A stretch of 64,000 nucleotides of DNA from an uncultured virus (IMG/VR IMGVR_UViG_3300010883_027406) (IMGVR_UViG_3300010883_027406:21365-85364), one strand, 5' to 3'; shown: positions 28,350 through 38,002, counted from the first letter of the stretch. Numbers and translations are program-made. Notes: generated from the sequence alone by a model not told the origin.

Positions 28350-29615
28350 ATGCAGTTTATTAAGCTGTATAATAAAATAACCTCATCAACTAAAAAGTCT
28401 AAGAAAATCAAAAAAAATGTTTTTTTAAATATTTTAGATGATTTTAATTATTCTTTTTATGAGAAGATTTTAAGTAAAGAAGAATTTCTTAGATTTTATA
28501 ATTTTTTTTCTGAAATTGATGTAGATCATCCCCATTTAGAGGAATTGTTCTCACCAGTTTTGGATGATTTAAATCGAATGCACGATCTTTATGTTGCATT
28601 AAACGAACTGAATAAATGTCGCCCAACTGACTTAGATTTGTTTTTTGAATTTTGTCGGTATATTAAAACCAAAAATCGTTGGTTTGAAGTTTTAAAAAAA
28701 ATAGATTCTCCATCTGTTAATCTTCTCAATATGCGATTTGTTTCGTGTAATAAAAAAAGAAATAATCTGAGACAAAATAAAAAGGTTCAAAGCATATCTT
28801 TATCAACATTGCTTTCAAGAGATTTTAGCGAATGGCAGAGTGTCTCCTCTAATTTTGATTTTTTTCATATTAATGGAAAACATTATGAGATGTATTTGTC
28901 TAAAGCCAAATCAAAAGCAAGTGTCTACGACAGGTTGGGATGTCAGTTTCTAGGGGATGAGGTAAGGAAAAATGCTAAAACTTTTGAAAACTTATATGGA
29001 GTTACAAATCATGGTTTTAGAAGAATAACTATGACTTCGGCAGCGGCTATATTGGCAAAAACTCATTCTTATGAATACGCTCCTTTTAAATCGTCAAACA
29101 CAGAGTTGACGAACGCCTTGTCGTCCAGCGAAATGATTGCTTCGATTAATGTATTTAAGTCTAAGCGATTTTTAGAAATCTTAAACAATATAGTTAATTT
29201 ATATTGTTCTCAAGTTGCTGCCAATGACGGAGTGATCGACCATAGCCTATTAAAACCTTTATCTTACTTAGAATCTGAACTCTATACGACAACCTTAGAA
29301 TCTGAACTCTATCCGACAACCGAAAGCTGCGAGTATAGCCCCAGATCGTATCCTTTGCATGATTTTTGGCCGTTGGCTAGCAAGAAAGTTAAAAATATCA
29401 TAAATCTTTTAGAATCTCATCCCGCTACGGGGGGTAGGGCTATTTTTGATAGTTATCGTGTTATAACTCCTAGTTTTTTTTTGAAATTTCCTGGATCGCA
29501 CGCTCAGTTAAGTAAGAAGTTAACGGATTTCGTTTTAACCATAAGTGAAATTATAAATCCTATAATTCTTGGTGAAAAAAATGGGAAATGTTACTTTGTA
29601 AGTTATTGGCATTGA
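28350..29615 (+). CDS. hypothetical protein
   Basis: 421 aa; internal LESELYxTT duplication. Confidence 0.7.
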   Translation: MQFIKLYNKITSSTKKSKKIKKNVFLNILDDFNYSFYEKILSKEEFLRFYNFFSEIDVDHPHLEELFSPVLDDLNRMHDLYVALNELNKCRPTDLDLFFEFCRYIKTKNRWFEVLKKIDSPSVNLLNMRFVSCNKKRNNLRQNKKVQSISLSTLLSRDFSEWQSVSSNFDFFHINGKHYEMYLSKAKSKASVYDRLGCQFLGDEVRKNAKTFENLYGVTNHGFRRITMTSAAAILAKTHSYEYAPFKSSNTELTNALSSSEMIASINVFKSKRFLEILNNIVNLYCSQVAANDGVIDHSLLKPLSYLESELYTTTLESELYPTTESCEYSPRSYPLHDFWPLASKKVKNIINLLESHPATGGRAIFDSYRVITPSFFLKFPGSHAQLSKKLTDFVLTISEIINPIILGEKNGKCYFVSYWH

Positions 29616-29634
29616 TAAAAATTAGGGGTTAAAT

Positions 29635-30051
29635 ATGTTTCCTGTAGAAATATCCGAGAAGGCTGCATCTGAAATAAAAAAAGTAATGGAAGAGCAATCT
29701 TTAGAAAATTCTGCCCTTCGTATCGGACTTCAAGGTGGCGGCTGCTCTGGATTTCAGTATCTTCTTAATTTTATAAAAGAAGAAGAGGCGTCTGAGGATG
29801 AAGATTATGTTGATCAACAAGGAGATATTAAAGTTGTTGTCGATAAAAAGAGTGCAACCTATTTGCAAGGGACAGTCATAGACTTTTATAGCGGAATTGA
29901 TAAGCGTGGGTTTGTTTTTAACAATCCAGGCGCTGCCAAGTCTTGCGGATGTGGGTCAAGTTTTTCTCCTAAGGAGTCTGGTGATGGTAGTGATGGTGCT
30001 GAGTCTGGCGGTTGTGGAACCGGCGGTTGTAGCACAGGTGGTTGCGGATGA
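29635..30051 (+). CDS. IscA/HesB A-type Fe-S carrier with Gly/Cys tail
   Basis: GGGCSGFQY, F.FNNP.A..SCGCGSSF; extra GGCGTGGCSTGGCG. Confidence 0.93.
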   Translation: MFPVEISEKAASEIKKVMEEQSLENSALRIGLQGGGCSGFQYLLNFIKEEEASEDEDYVDQQGDIKVVVDKKSATYLQGTVIDFYSGIDKRGFVFNNPGAAKSCGCGSSFSPKESGDGSDGAESGGCGTGGCSTGGCG

Positions 30052-30088
30052 TGGTAAAACGAATCGTTTGAATGTTGAGGATTAAAAA

Positions 30089-31612
30089 ATGTATATCGGT
30101 ATGAATTATGTTAATGGCGAATTTTTGCCAAATCGTTCTGACTTTTCTGTCAGTAGCCCAGCCAATGGAAGTCATTTAGGTGAATTTCCTTTAACTAGGA
30201 AAGGTGAAGTTTCTGATGCCGTAGCTGTTGCGAAACAGTCTTTTAAAAGTTGGAAACATGTCAGTAGAGTTAATCGGGCTGATCTTTTTGATAGATTATC
30301 TCAATTGATTAAGAGAGATACTTCTGCGTTGGCGGATGTTATTTCCTATGAAACAGGTAAAAACAGAAATGAATCATATGCCGAAGTGATAGAGTCCTTG
30401 CATATGTGTCAGTATGTTGCGGGATCAGGGAGACTTCCATATGGAAAGTTGGTTGGTTCCGAGTTGGCAAGTAAATCAGCAAGGGTTTTTCGCAAGCCCA
30501 AAGGTGTTGTGGCAGTAATTTCTCCATGGAATTTTCCATTGGCCATTGGTTCTTTTTGGTCTGCGGCACCTGCAATTGCAGAGGGCAATTGTGTGGTACA
30601 CAAGCCTAGCGAATTAACGCCAATGACATCGCAAATGGCGGCCAAATTGTATGGTGAAGCTGGGTTCCCTGATGGGGTTTATAATTTGATACACGGTGCG
30701 GAAGAAACAGGTAAAAATTTAGTTTCTAATCATGATGTCTCTTGCATATTATTCACAGGCAGTGCGGAAGTAGGACAGGAGATAAGAAAACATTGTGCGA
30801 CAACATGGCATAAGACCTGTTCTTGTGAGATGGGCAGCAAATCAGCCACGATGGTTTTTGAAGATGGGAATTTTGATCTTGCCACAGAAGTTTCTGTAGC
30901 CAGTGCATTTAAATTGTCGGGACAAAGATGTGTTTCTTCAAGCAGAATATTAATTCAAAGAAGTATTTATGATAAGTTTTGTTCTGCCTTTGCTAAGGCA
31001 GCATCTCAACTCCGCACAGGAGATGTGTTTTTAGATGATGATGTATATTATGGGCCTTTAATTTCTCATGATGCTTTGGAGAAAGTTGAAAGTTATAATT
31101 CTCAAGTTAGATCTGCAAGTGAATCTAGTGAAGATGTTAATGTTCTTTTGGACAGCCGAGACGGTCACTTTCAAACATCCGATGGTAATTTCTTGTCGCC
31201 ATTCGTTTATCAAGCAGAATGGTGGAATGATGTTGATGAATTAGGATGCAAGGCGTGCACAAGATCTTATTTGAAAGAAGAGGTGTTTGGGCCTCATGTG
31301 GCGTTGGTTCCTTTTGATGATTTGAATGATGCCATTAAAATTTATAATGACACCCCATATGGATTGGCTTTGGGGGCTGTCACCGACGATTTTAGAAAAC
31401 ATCGCATTCTTGAGGAAGAATGTAATACTGGCATGTTGTACATCAATGGTGGTAGCATTGCCGCAGAGAGTCATTTGCCGTTTGGAGGTATTGGAAAAAG
31501 CGGCAATGGCTGGAAGTCTGCCGCAGGTACATATCAGGCGGTCACAGAAGAAATATCTGTTACTACTAACTATGAAAAAGAAGTTGAGTGGGCACAGGGG
31601 ATGAAAAGCTAA
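30089..31612 (+). CDS. NAD(P)-dependent aldehyde dehydrogenase
   Basis: PWNFP, KPSE, FTGS, EMG.K, GQRC (catalytic Cys), EEVFGP, PFGG...SG. Confidence 0.95.
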   Translation: MYIGMNYVNGEFLPNRSDFSVSSPANGSHLGEFPLTRKGEVSDAVAVAKQSFKSWKHVSRVNRADLFDRLSQLIKRDTSALADVISYETGKNRNESYAEVIESLHMCQYVAGSGRLPYGKLVGSELASKSARVFRKPKGVVAVISPWNFPLAIGSFWSAAPAIAEGNCVVHKPSELTPMTSQMAAKLYGEAGFPDGVYNLIHGAEETGKNLVSNHDVSCILFTGSAEVGQEIRKHCATTWHKTCSCEMGSKSATMVFEDGNFDLATEVSVASAFKLSGQRCVSSSRILIQRSIYDKFCSAFAKAASQLRTGDVFLDDDVYYGPLISHDALEKVESYNSQVRSASESSEDVNVLLDSRDGHFQTSDGNFLSPFVYQAEWWNDVDELGCKACTRSYLKEEVFGPHVALVPFDDLNDAIKIYNDTPYGLALGAVTDDFRKHRILEEECNTGMLYINGGSIAAESHLPFGGIGKSGNGWKSAAGTYQAVTEEISVTTNYEKEVEWAQGMKS

Positions 31613-32544
31613 TGAAAAATATTGGTATAATTGGGCAAGGATTTGTTGGCACGGCGATTCGTGATGGATTGGTGCATGCTTTTGATGTAGTGACTTATGA
31701 TAAAAAATATCCTGATCCTACTGTAAGGGTTTGGCCAAAAAAACAGACTGTTGTTCATTATGAAGAAGATGTTGAATCTTATTCGTGTCCAACTAAAGAT
31801 AAAAACCCTATAAAGAAAATCGTTGAAGATGTTGATGGGCCAATTTTCGTTGCGGTACCAACTCCTATGAAGAAGGATGCTACTTGTGACTTAAGCATTG
31901 TTGAATCTGTTGTTTCTGAGTTAGATAGCCTTGGCGAGTCTGTTGGCAAGAAAATTGTTGTTGTAATTAAATCTACGGTCATTCCAGGCACGACCGAGGC
32001 GTTTAATAAAAAATATAAAAATGTTTATGTTTGTTACAACCCAGAGTTCCTAGTTGAAAAAACAGCGTTAGAAGATTTTAAATCACAGGATAGAATCATT
32101 GTCGGTGGGCCTAGGAAGGCAACAAAAGTCATAAAGCAATTGTATGCAACTGCTTATCCCAATGTTCCGGTGACCAAGACTAGTTCCACAATAGCAGAGC
32201 TAGTCAAATATACTACAAATTGTTTTTTAGCAACTAAGGTTTCTTTTGCTAATGAAATTAAGCAAGTTTGTGATTCTTTGGATGTAGATTATGACAAGGT
32301 AGTAGAATATGCAGTCAAAGATAAAAGATTGGGTAGCTCTCATTGGTCTGTGCCTGGTCCTGATGGAAAAATGGGTTTTGGGGGGTCTTGTTTTCCGAAA
32401 GATTTAAATGCCTTATTGTCTAAGGCATATGAACTTGATGTAAAATGCAACACACTTTATGGCGCATGGTTAACTAATTTAGAAGTACGTCCTGAAAAGG
32501 ATTGGGAAAACTTGATTGGCCGTGCAGTTTCAGAAAGAGATTAG
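31612..32544 (+). CDS. UDP-glucose/GDP-mannose dehydrogenase family (short form lacking C-terminal domain)
   Basis: GQGFVG, VPTP, KSTVIPGT, NPEFL, AELVKY..N.FLA.KVSFANE, GFGGSCFPKD. Confidence 0.92.
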   Translation: MKNIGIIGQGFVGTAIRDGLVHAFDVVTYDKKYPDPTVRVWPKKQTVVHYEEDVESYSCPTKDKNPIKKIVEDVDGPIFVAVPTPMKKDATCDLSIVESVVSELDSLGESVGKKIVVVIKSTVIPGTTEAFNKKYKNVYVCYNPEFLVEKTALEDFKSQDRIIVGGPRKATKVIKQLYATAYPNVPVTKTSSTIAELVKYTTNCFLATKVSFANEIKQVCDSLDVDYDKVVEYAVKDKRLGSSHWSVPGPDGKMGFGGSCFPKDLNALLSKAYELDVKCNTLYGAWLTNLEVRPEKDWENLIGRAVSERD

Positions 32545-32546
32545 TT

Positions 32547-32993
32547 ATGCCTAATAAATTTTATTATTTTGAAGAGAAGGATTTAGTGGATATTCTTGAC
32601 AAGGTTTATGAAGAGGGGTGGAGTGGCTCGTTGGAACTTAAAGAATCTTTTATTTCCGACATATTAAAAGAGCATTGCAAAGAACCAGAGGTTTCTATAA
32701 AATCAAATGTCATCGAGGACGGTGAAACTAGAATTTACGAGACGACTTCGATAACAACTGAATATTTTAATAATCCACAAATGTTACTTAATTTTGAAGA
32801 TGTGGATTATAGAAGTAATGACATTCGAATGGATGCGAAAGACATTAATCAGTTTACCGCCATAGCAGGTTCTTGGCCTACGGATACGTTCTGGACTGAT
32901 ACTAAGACTGATACTATGAAACCGCAGTCTTCTTGGGAAGAGTTTCATTCTGACGGAATTAACAACTTAAACAATCAATGGAGAATAAAATGA
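32547..32993 (+). CDS. hypothetical protein
   Basis: ATG right after the dehydrogenase stop; stop overlaps GroES start. Confidence 0.65.
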   Translation: MPNKFYYFEEKDLVDILDKVYEEGWSGSLELKESFISDILKEHCKEPEVSIKSNVIEDGETRIYETTSITTEYFNNPQMLLNFEDVDYRSNDIRMDAKDINQFTAIAGSWPTDTFWTDTKTDTMKPQSSWEEFHSDGINNLNNQWRIK

Positions 32994-33325
32994 GTAATCT
33001 GACGGATGCTGAAGGCAATGTGTTGAGTAACGTTCCTTCAATTAAGAATATTGTACCAACGGGGAGAGGCGTTTTAGTGGAGATGCTTACGGCGCAAGAG
33101 GCGTTAGGAACATCTTTGGTTGTTCAAGACGATGTGCAACTGGGCGCTCCTCAGGCGTACATTTTGCATATGGGGCCACATGTTGAAGGTAAAGACTTTG
33201 GCATGAAGGTTGGTGATCGTGTCCTCTTGCAGGGAACTTTTGTGCCTCTTCCTGAGTATGATGATAGTCATCGTCCTAAAGGCATTGTGCAGCCTGAGAA
33301 CATTAAGGCTATTATTGAAGAATAA
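32990..33325 (+). CDS. GroES-like co-chaperonin
   Basis: I.PTG..VLVE, mobile-loop-like segment, GP...MKVGDRVL, ENIKAII; adjacent to dnaJ. Confidence 0.75.
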   Translation: MSNLTDAEGNVLSNVPSIKNIVPTGRGVLVEMLTAQEALGTSLVVQDDVQLGAPQAYILHMGPHVEGKDFGMKVGDRVLLQGTFVPLPEYDDSHRPKGIVQPENIKAIIEE

Positions 33326-34272
33326 TGGATCATTATGAAGTTCTTGGGGTTTCAAAAGAAGCAACTTTTGATGAAATCAAGTCTGCGTATCGCACGTTAG
33401 CAAGAAAGTATCATCCTGATACAAATAAAGATTTTGATGCTGTTGATCAATTCAAGCAAGTAAATGAAGCGCATCATGTTTTGGGCGACCCGGACAGGCG
33501 GTTGAAATATGATAAAAGGGGTTCCCATGTTGGGAATCCCTTTTATTCTTCGTGGAGTGATATTAGTGTTCGTGGTAGAGATGTTTCTTCTGAAATCACC
33601 ATTTCTTTAAATGATGTTTTTTTTGGATGTAAAAAAGAAGTAACTTATAAGAGAGCAAATTTTTGTGATAAGTGTAACGGACATGGTGCGGAGGAATGTT
33701 TGGCGTGTTTTTCTTGCAAAGGAAAAGGGCTGGTACAGGTATCGAATCCGCCATTTTTAATGCAGGTTACTTGCCCTGATTGTGTGGGCGTAGGGGTTAT
33801 GAGAAAAGGGGTTTGTTCTAAATGCGACTCTAAAGGTGAATTTTTATTAGATGATCGCTCAATTAGTGTCAGTATCCCTAAAGGAATTCTGGAAGGGTCT
33901 AAACTTAAGGTTAAGGGTCAAGGAAATATTGGGAAAGAAACAAATGGCGATCTCTATTTAACTGTTAATGTAGAAAATCATCCTATTTTTTTTAGAGATA
34001 ATAAGAATTTGATTTTGGATGTACCTGTTTCTTACACTCAATTGGTATTAGGAGACAAATTAGAAATCCCCACATTGAATAGCGGAAAGGTGTCCATCAA
34101 TGTTCCTGCCGGGACTGCGAATAGAACTAAATTTAGACTCAAGGGTCTTGGTTTTCCTGATGCTCGTCATGGGGGAGTGGGAGATCTTATAGTAGACGTT
34201 GTTTTGGAGGTTCCTAAAAAAATAAATGAAAAGTATGAGAAGATTTTGATTGAACTTTCTAAATTAGAATAA
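33325..34272 (+). CDS. dnaJ: DnaJ chaperone
   Basis: J domain with HPD, four CxxCxGxG-type repeats, GDLY, C-terminal domain; G/F region short. Confidence 0.95.
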   Translation: MDHYEVLGVSKEATFDEIKSAYRTLARKYHPDTNKDFDAVDQFKQVNEAHHVLGDPDRRLKYDKRGSHVGNPFYSSWSDISVRGRDVSSEITISLNDVFFGCKKEVTYKRANFCDKCNGHGAEECLACFSCKGKGLVQVSNPPFLMQVTCPDCVGVGVMRKGVCSKCDSKGEFLLDDRSISVSIPKGILEGSKLKVKGQGNIGKETNGDLYLTVNVENHPIFFRDNKNLILDVPVSYTQLVLGDKLEIPTLNSGKVSINVPAGTANRTKFRLKGLGFPDARHGGVGDLIVDVVLEVPKKINEKYEKILIELSKLE

Positions 34273-34283
34273 AAGGTAAAAAA

Positions 34284-34496
34284 ATGAAGATTTTAAAATT
34301 GAGCGTTGTTTTTCTGTACTTGGTGCTGATATCAGGAGTATTACTTTATCCAAGACTTGTAGATAAAATCCAATCAGATGCTGTTAGAGGGACGATTGAA
34401 GAGATCAAACGAAGTTATTCTCCATCTCCTTATGGCCCAGGACTTGATCCTGATAAAGTTGATGTAATTAGAATCAAAGAAGGGACTGATGATTAA
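34284..34496 (+). CDS. small membrane-anchored hypothetical protein
   Basis: N-terminal TM helix. Confidence 0.6.
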   Translation: MKILKLSVVFLYLVLISGVLLYPRLVDKIQSDAVRGTIEEIKRSYSPSPYGPGLDPDKVDVIRIKEGTDD

Positions 34497-35098
34497 TGGT
34501 AGGTTTTTTTAAATATGGCGTTGCCAACAACTCCGTAGTCTCCAACGCCATATTGAACTAGAACGTCATTGATTTTACCTTGCAATAAGTTATTTGACCA
34601 AGAAACTTTAACTTGGAATGGCTCATTCATTATTTTTGCAAAAACAGGAATGTTTTTCTTCGCAGCGATTCCTGTTTTTAAAACATCGTAAGTTTGTTTA
34701 AATCTATCGGCAGGAATTGGCCATTGTTCGCCTTCCGTACCTGTCATGATGGCGTCTCCAACTTTTGAATTAACAGGCCCTTCTTTTGTCTGAATTGTTG
34801 CGTCCGCTTCTGCTGTTCTAAAATTTAATGGAATTGGTTTCTTTGATGTTTTAAAACCATTTGGGTCTTTTGATAGGTCAGGATTTTCATCTAGTCCAAT
34901 TGTTTTGGCTGGCACTGCTGGCTTCGCTCCTGGCACTGCTGGCTTCGCTCCTGGCACTGCTGGCTTCGCTCCTGGCACTGCTGGCTTCACCACTGGCTTC
35001 GCTGCTGTGACTGCTGGCCTTGTCGTTGCTCGACGAATGTCGGCTTGCTCCGACACTTTGCTTTGCTCAATGATTTGATTTAGATTATAAAAGTTCAT
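34493..35098 (-). CDS. PGDYG-like domain protein with KPAVPGA repeats
   Basis: TKEG....GDAIMTG.EGEQWP....F..TY and a second degenerate copy ending GDYGVV...F.KTY. Confidence 0.7.
   Translation of the reverse strand: MNFYNLNQIIEQSKVSEQADIRRATTRPAVTAAKPVVKPAVPGAKPAVPGAKPAVPGAKPAVPAKTIGLDENPDLSKDPNGFKTSKKPIPLNFRTAEADATIQTKEGPVNSKVGDAIMTGTEGEQWPIPADRFKQTYDVLKTGIAAKKNIPVFAKIMNEPFQVKVSWSNNLLQGKINDVLVQYGVGDYGVVGNAIFKKTYH
34911..34988. repeat. 21-bp GC-rich tandem repeat (about 3.7 copies), coding KPAVPGA
   Basis: GGCACTGCTGGCTTCGCTCCT repeated. Confidence 0.95.
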
Positions 35099-35108
35099 AA
35101 ACTTATCC

Positions 35109-35495
35109 TTAAAGGACAGTGATATCAATTATTTTAGATAATGAATCTGTTAGATCATCAGGTCTTCTTTGGAATATTACGTTCATAATTCTTCCCGTTT
35201 GCGGTGTTCTTCCTTTAATTTTTTTGAATTCATCCCAAGATAAATAAAGTTGTGTGCCGTCTTTTAGTTTTATAGATATTGGGGTCTTTTTTTCTTGGAT
35301 GATTATTATTTCACTTGTTTTTACGACAGATGGCAATACTAAGTCTGTACTGGGGAGGTGCAGAGGTCTCCCTGTCATGGAAAAAGTACTGCTTTGTTCA
35401 CTTCCTGACATATCGCTAGAAACGAATGCCCCTCCTGACAAAGATGCGCCAGGGACATTTGTTTCATTAATGAATTCTTTGAAATTTAGTTTCAT
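35109..35495 (-). CDS. hypothetical protein with capsid-targeting-like N-terminus
   Basis: MKLNFKEFINE; ATAAATA upstream on - strand (35527-35533). Confidence 0.7.
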   Translation of the reverse strand: MKLNFKEFINETNVPGASLSGGAFVSSDMSGSEQSSTFSMTGRPLHLPSTDLVLPSVVKTSEIIIIQEKKTPISIKLKDGTQLYLSWDEFKKIKGRTPQTGRIMNVIFQRRPDDLTDSLSKIIDITVL

Positions 35496-35539
35496 TACTC
35501 TACTAACTTATAATTAAACACTAACATATTTATGGTTTC

Positions 35540-36052
35540 ATGGACAATAAAGAAAAAAAAGTTGATAGTAAGGAAGATGTTGATAGTAAGGAAGATGTTG
35601 ATAGTAAGGAAGATGTTGATAGTAAGGAAGATGTTGATAGTAAGGAAGATGTTTGGAAAAATGCTTTTAGATATTCCAGCGAGGTGCATTTGGGCGAGTC
35701 TAGTAAGCCCATAGTTCGTCCTGGAGATTTAAAAATTAAAAAGGTGGATAATGTAATACCTTTATTTATTGAGTGTGAAAAGGATGGTGTGGATTTTACA
35801 GTATTTGCTTATATGGATTATTCTACTAGTACACTAAAAGTTACTGATGAGTCTTTTTTTTCTTCTGAAGAAGAGATTAAGCTTTTTAAAGAAGCTGTGA
35901 TTAGTTATTTAATGAATAGGCAACATGGGTTTGAGTCCCCGCAAGTTCCGCAAGAAATAATTGATGAAGTGAAACAAAGACAAAATGATGTAGAGTCTAG
36001 CATTAATTACACTGATTTTTTTGGGAGTGAAAAAGATGGCGGAAGCAAATAG
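35540..36052 (+). CDS. hypothetical protein with VDSKED repeats
   Basis: 170 aa; repeat preserves frame. Confidence 0.75.
   Translation: MDNKEKKVDSKEDVDSKEDVDSKEDVDSKEDVDSKEDVWKNAFRYSSEVHLGESSKPIVRPGDLKIKKVDNVIPLFIECEKDGVDFTVFAYMDYSTSTLKVTDESFFSSEEEIKLFKEAVISYLMNRQHGFESPQVPQEIIDEVKQRQNDVESSINYTDFFGSEKDGGSK
35561..35650. repeat. 18-bp perfect tandem repeat x5
   Basis: GTTGATAGTAAGGAAGAT x5. Confidence 0.97.
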
Positions 36053-36287
36053 AATGAATTTCGGTATGGGGGTTATTGGAGAAGAGGGAAAGTCCCCTTT
36101 TTTTGATAAGCCATTGACACTGGAACGAGTGCATAATTGGATTAGAAAAAATGGAGATATAGAAGAGCCTGTTAAGGAGGAGTTGGTTTTATTGGTCAAT
36201 AAATATCCTAATTCTGCTTTAAGTTCGTTTGTTAAAAACTTTGATACTCATTTAGTCAAAGCACGAGAAAATGCCACAAAGAGATAA
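36036..36287 (+). CDS. hypothetical protein
   Basis: GGAG SD, overlaps neighbours. Confidence 0.65.
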   Translation: MAEANRMNFGMGVIGEEGKSPFFDKPLTLERVHNWIRKNGDIEEPVKEELVLLVNKYPNSALSSFVKNFDTHLVKARENATKR

Positions 36288-36753
36288 AGAAGATTCTTTT
36301 GTAACGGCGATTCCCAAAATGCCTAAGTCCCCTATAGCTGACTTCGACATCAATTTTAATTCATTTGTAGATACTGTTTTAAAAGTTGAAAACAAGGAGT
36401 TTGTTCCGTCTTATCAAAATCAAAATTCCGCCGCAGCGGATTTGTTTGCGGATTTGGAAGATGATGTTACCATTGAAGTTGGGAAGGTTTCTTCTATTAA
36501 ATGTGGTTTTTCAATGGACATCCCATTTGGTTATAAAGTAATAATCAATCCAAATGCAGAGTTAGCAAATAAAGGGTTCGTAACTTTGAATGGACCGATA
36601 GGGTCTTCTGAAAATGGAGAGTTAAATGTTATTGTTGGCAATTTAGGAGATGAATCCATTGCGATTTGTCGTGGGGACAAGTTTGCGCAAATGATGATTG
36701 AACCTACTATTTTTTTTAAATTTGTACAAAAAGACGATTATTTGCTTCACTAA
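36271..36753 (+). CDS. trimeric dUTPase-like protein, catalytic motifs degenerate
   Basis: motif I SAAADL and IV GDKFAQM retained; II RSG replaced by NAE, III GxIDxDY replaced by GPIGSSE, V absent. Confidence 0.75.
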   Translation: MPQRDKEDSFVTAIPKMPKSPIADFDINFNSFVDTVLKVENKEFVPSYQNQNSAAADLFADLEDDVTIEVGKVSSIKCGFSMDIPFGYKVIINPNAELANKGFVTLNGPIGSSENGELNVIVGNLGDESIAICRGDKFAQMMIEPTIFFKFVQKDDYLLH

Positions 36754-36769
36754 AATAAGGTGTAATAAA

Positions 36770-36967
36770 ATGAAGATATTTGCTATAATAACAGTAGCCA
36801 GACAGGTTGATGGAGACTATGTTTTTATTAAACCTGAAAAAGCTTTTAAAGAATCAACCGAGGCAGAGTCTTTCGTTAAAACAATTGCCGCACAACGGGC
36901 TGAGACAATATCTGGTGTTGAATGCCTTTGTGAAAGAGGCGTTTTTGAAATAGAAGTTGAAGAATAA
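36770..36967 (+). CDS. hypothetical protein
   Basis: MKIFAIITVARQ...; TAAGGTG SD. Confidence 0.7.
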   Translation: MKIFAIITVARQVDGDYVFIKPEKAFKESTEAESFVKTIAAQRAETISGVECLCERGVFEIEVEE

Positions 36968-36995
36968 AGAATAAAGAATAAAGAATAAAGAATAA
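36961..36995. repeat. 7-bp tandem repeat x5 across a stop codon
   Basis: AGAATAA x5. Confidence 0.9.
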
Positions 36996-37009
36996 AGGAA
37001 AAAGTTATA

Positions 37010-37744
37010 ATGTCAGAAATTACTCCACATAATCCCTTGGAAGGGGAGCGTCCCGAACTAACATTAGATTTAAATGATGGTAGTGAGGAACACATCTCTA
37101 TTGTTATAGTGCATAAAGATCGACCTGAATATTTAAATATTTGTTTGCAATCTATAGCTGTTACTAGTTTCAATAATAATTATGAAATTATTGTTGTAGA
37201 CAATAATTCTGGAAAAGAAAGCCAAGAATTTCTAGATGATATTGAGGACGAGGTAACAGTTGTAAGAAACAAGGAGAATCTGTACTGGGGTCCGGCAGCG
37301 AATAAAGGTTTTAAAGAAATATCTGAGTCTTCTAAGTATGTTGTTTTTATGCACTGTGATGTTGTCATAACTAATCCAGCATGGTTGGATCTTCTTGTCA
37401 ACGTCTCAGAATCTCAGAACGCTGGATTGGTTGGAACAGAACTTCAGTCTTACTATATGCAGAATCAAAAAGTAGATTTTATTCAAGAGTGGTTGGTTTT
37501 GGTAACAAAGGAGTGTTTTGAGGCTTGTGGGCCTTTTGAGGCATCAGTTCCTCAAGTAGGTTGTCCGTTCATACTTACCATGCAGTGCCAACGCAAAGGG
37601 TTTAATCCTCAAGTTATGAGAAATCCCATTGCTCATCATTATCGTATTTTTAGTTTAGATATTAATGATTATGAAAGATTGACTGAACAAGCCACTGTAA
37701 CTTTGCCTAAGTTAATTCAGGACATTCAGAGTGAATCCGTTTAA
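37010..37744 (+). CDS. glycosyltransferase family 2
   Basis: ISIVIV, YEIIVVDNNS, N..WGPAANKG, FMHCD. Confidence 0.88.
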   Translation: MSEITPHNPLEGERPELTLDLNDGSEEHISIVIVHKDRPEYLNICLQSIAVTSFNNNYEIIVVDNNSGKESQEFLDDIEDEVTVVRNKENLYWGPAANKGFKEISESSKYVVFMHCDVVITNPAWLDLLVNVSESQNAGLVGTELQSYYMQNQKVDFIQEWLVLVTKECFEACGPFEASVPQVGCPFILTMQCQRKGFNPQVMRNPIAHHYRIFSLDINDYERLTEQATVTLPKLIQDIQSESV

Positions 37745-37759
37745 ATCGAAGGGTGGCGA

Positions 37760-38002
37760 TTGATCATGAGCTTTGCTGAACAAGAAAATATTGTGGTTTG
37801 GAAAGCATATTACAATAAAGAAGAAGATTTATGTTATCTTCTAAATACTGATTCGGAAGATTGGTTTGAGTGGCAGGACGAGTATGATGAATGGAGTACT
37901 GTTTTTGTTGATTCGATGGACAGGCTTACTTTTGATCACGAATTTTCTGATGACACGGAAGCTGATGGCTGGATTATTCCAGATTCGGGTTGGACTTGTT
38001 GA
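37760..38002 (+). CDS. small acidic hypothetical protein
   Basis: 80 aa, Trp/Asp/Glu rich. Confidence 0.6.
   Translation: MIMSFAEQENIVVWKAYYNKEEDLCYLLNTDSEDWFEWQDEYDEWSTVFVDSMDRLTFDHEFSDDTEADGWIIPDSGWTC

Noticed and set aside
35561-35650. Possible CRISPR array
   Set aside because: Head-to-tail 18-bp repeats with no spacers, in frame within a CDS; no cas genes in window.
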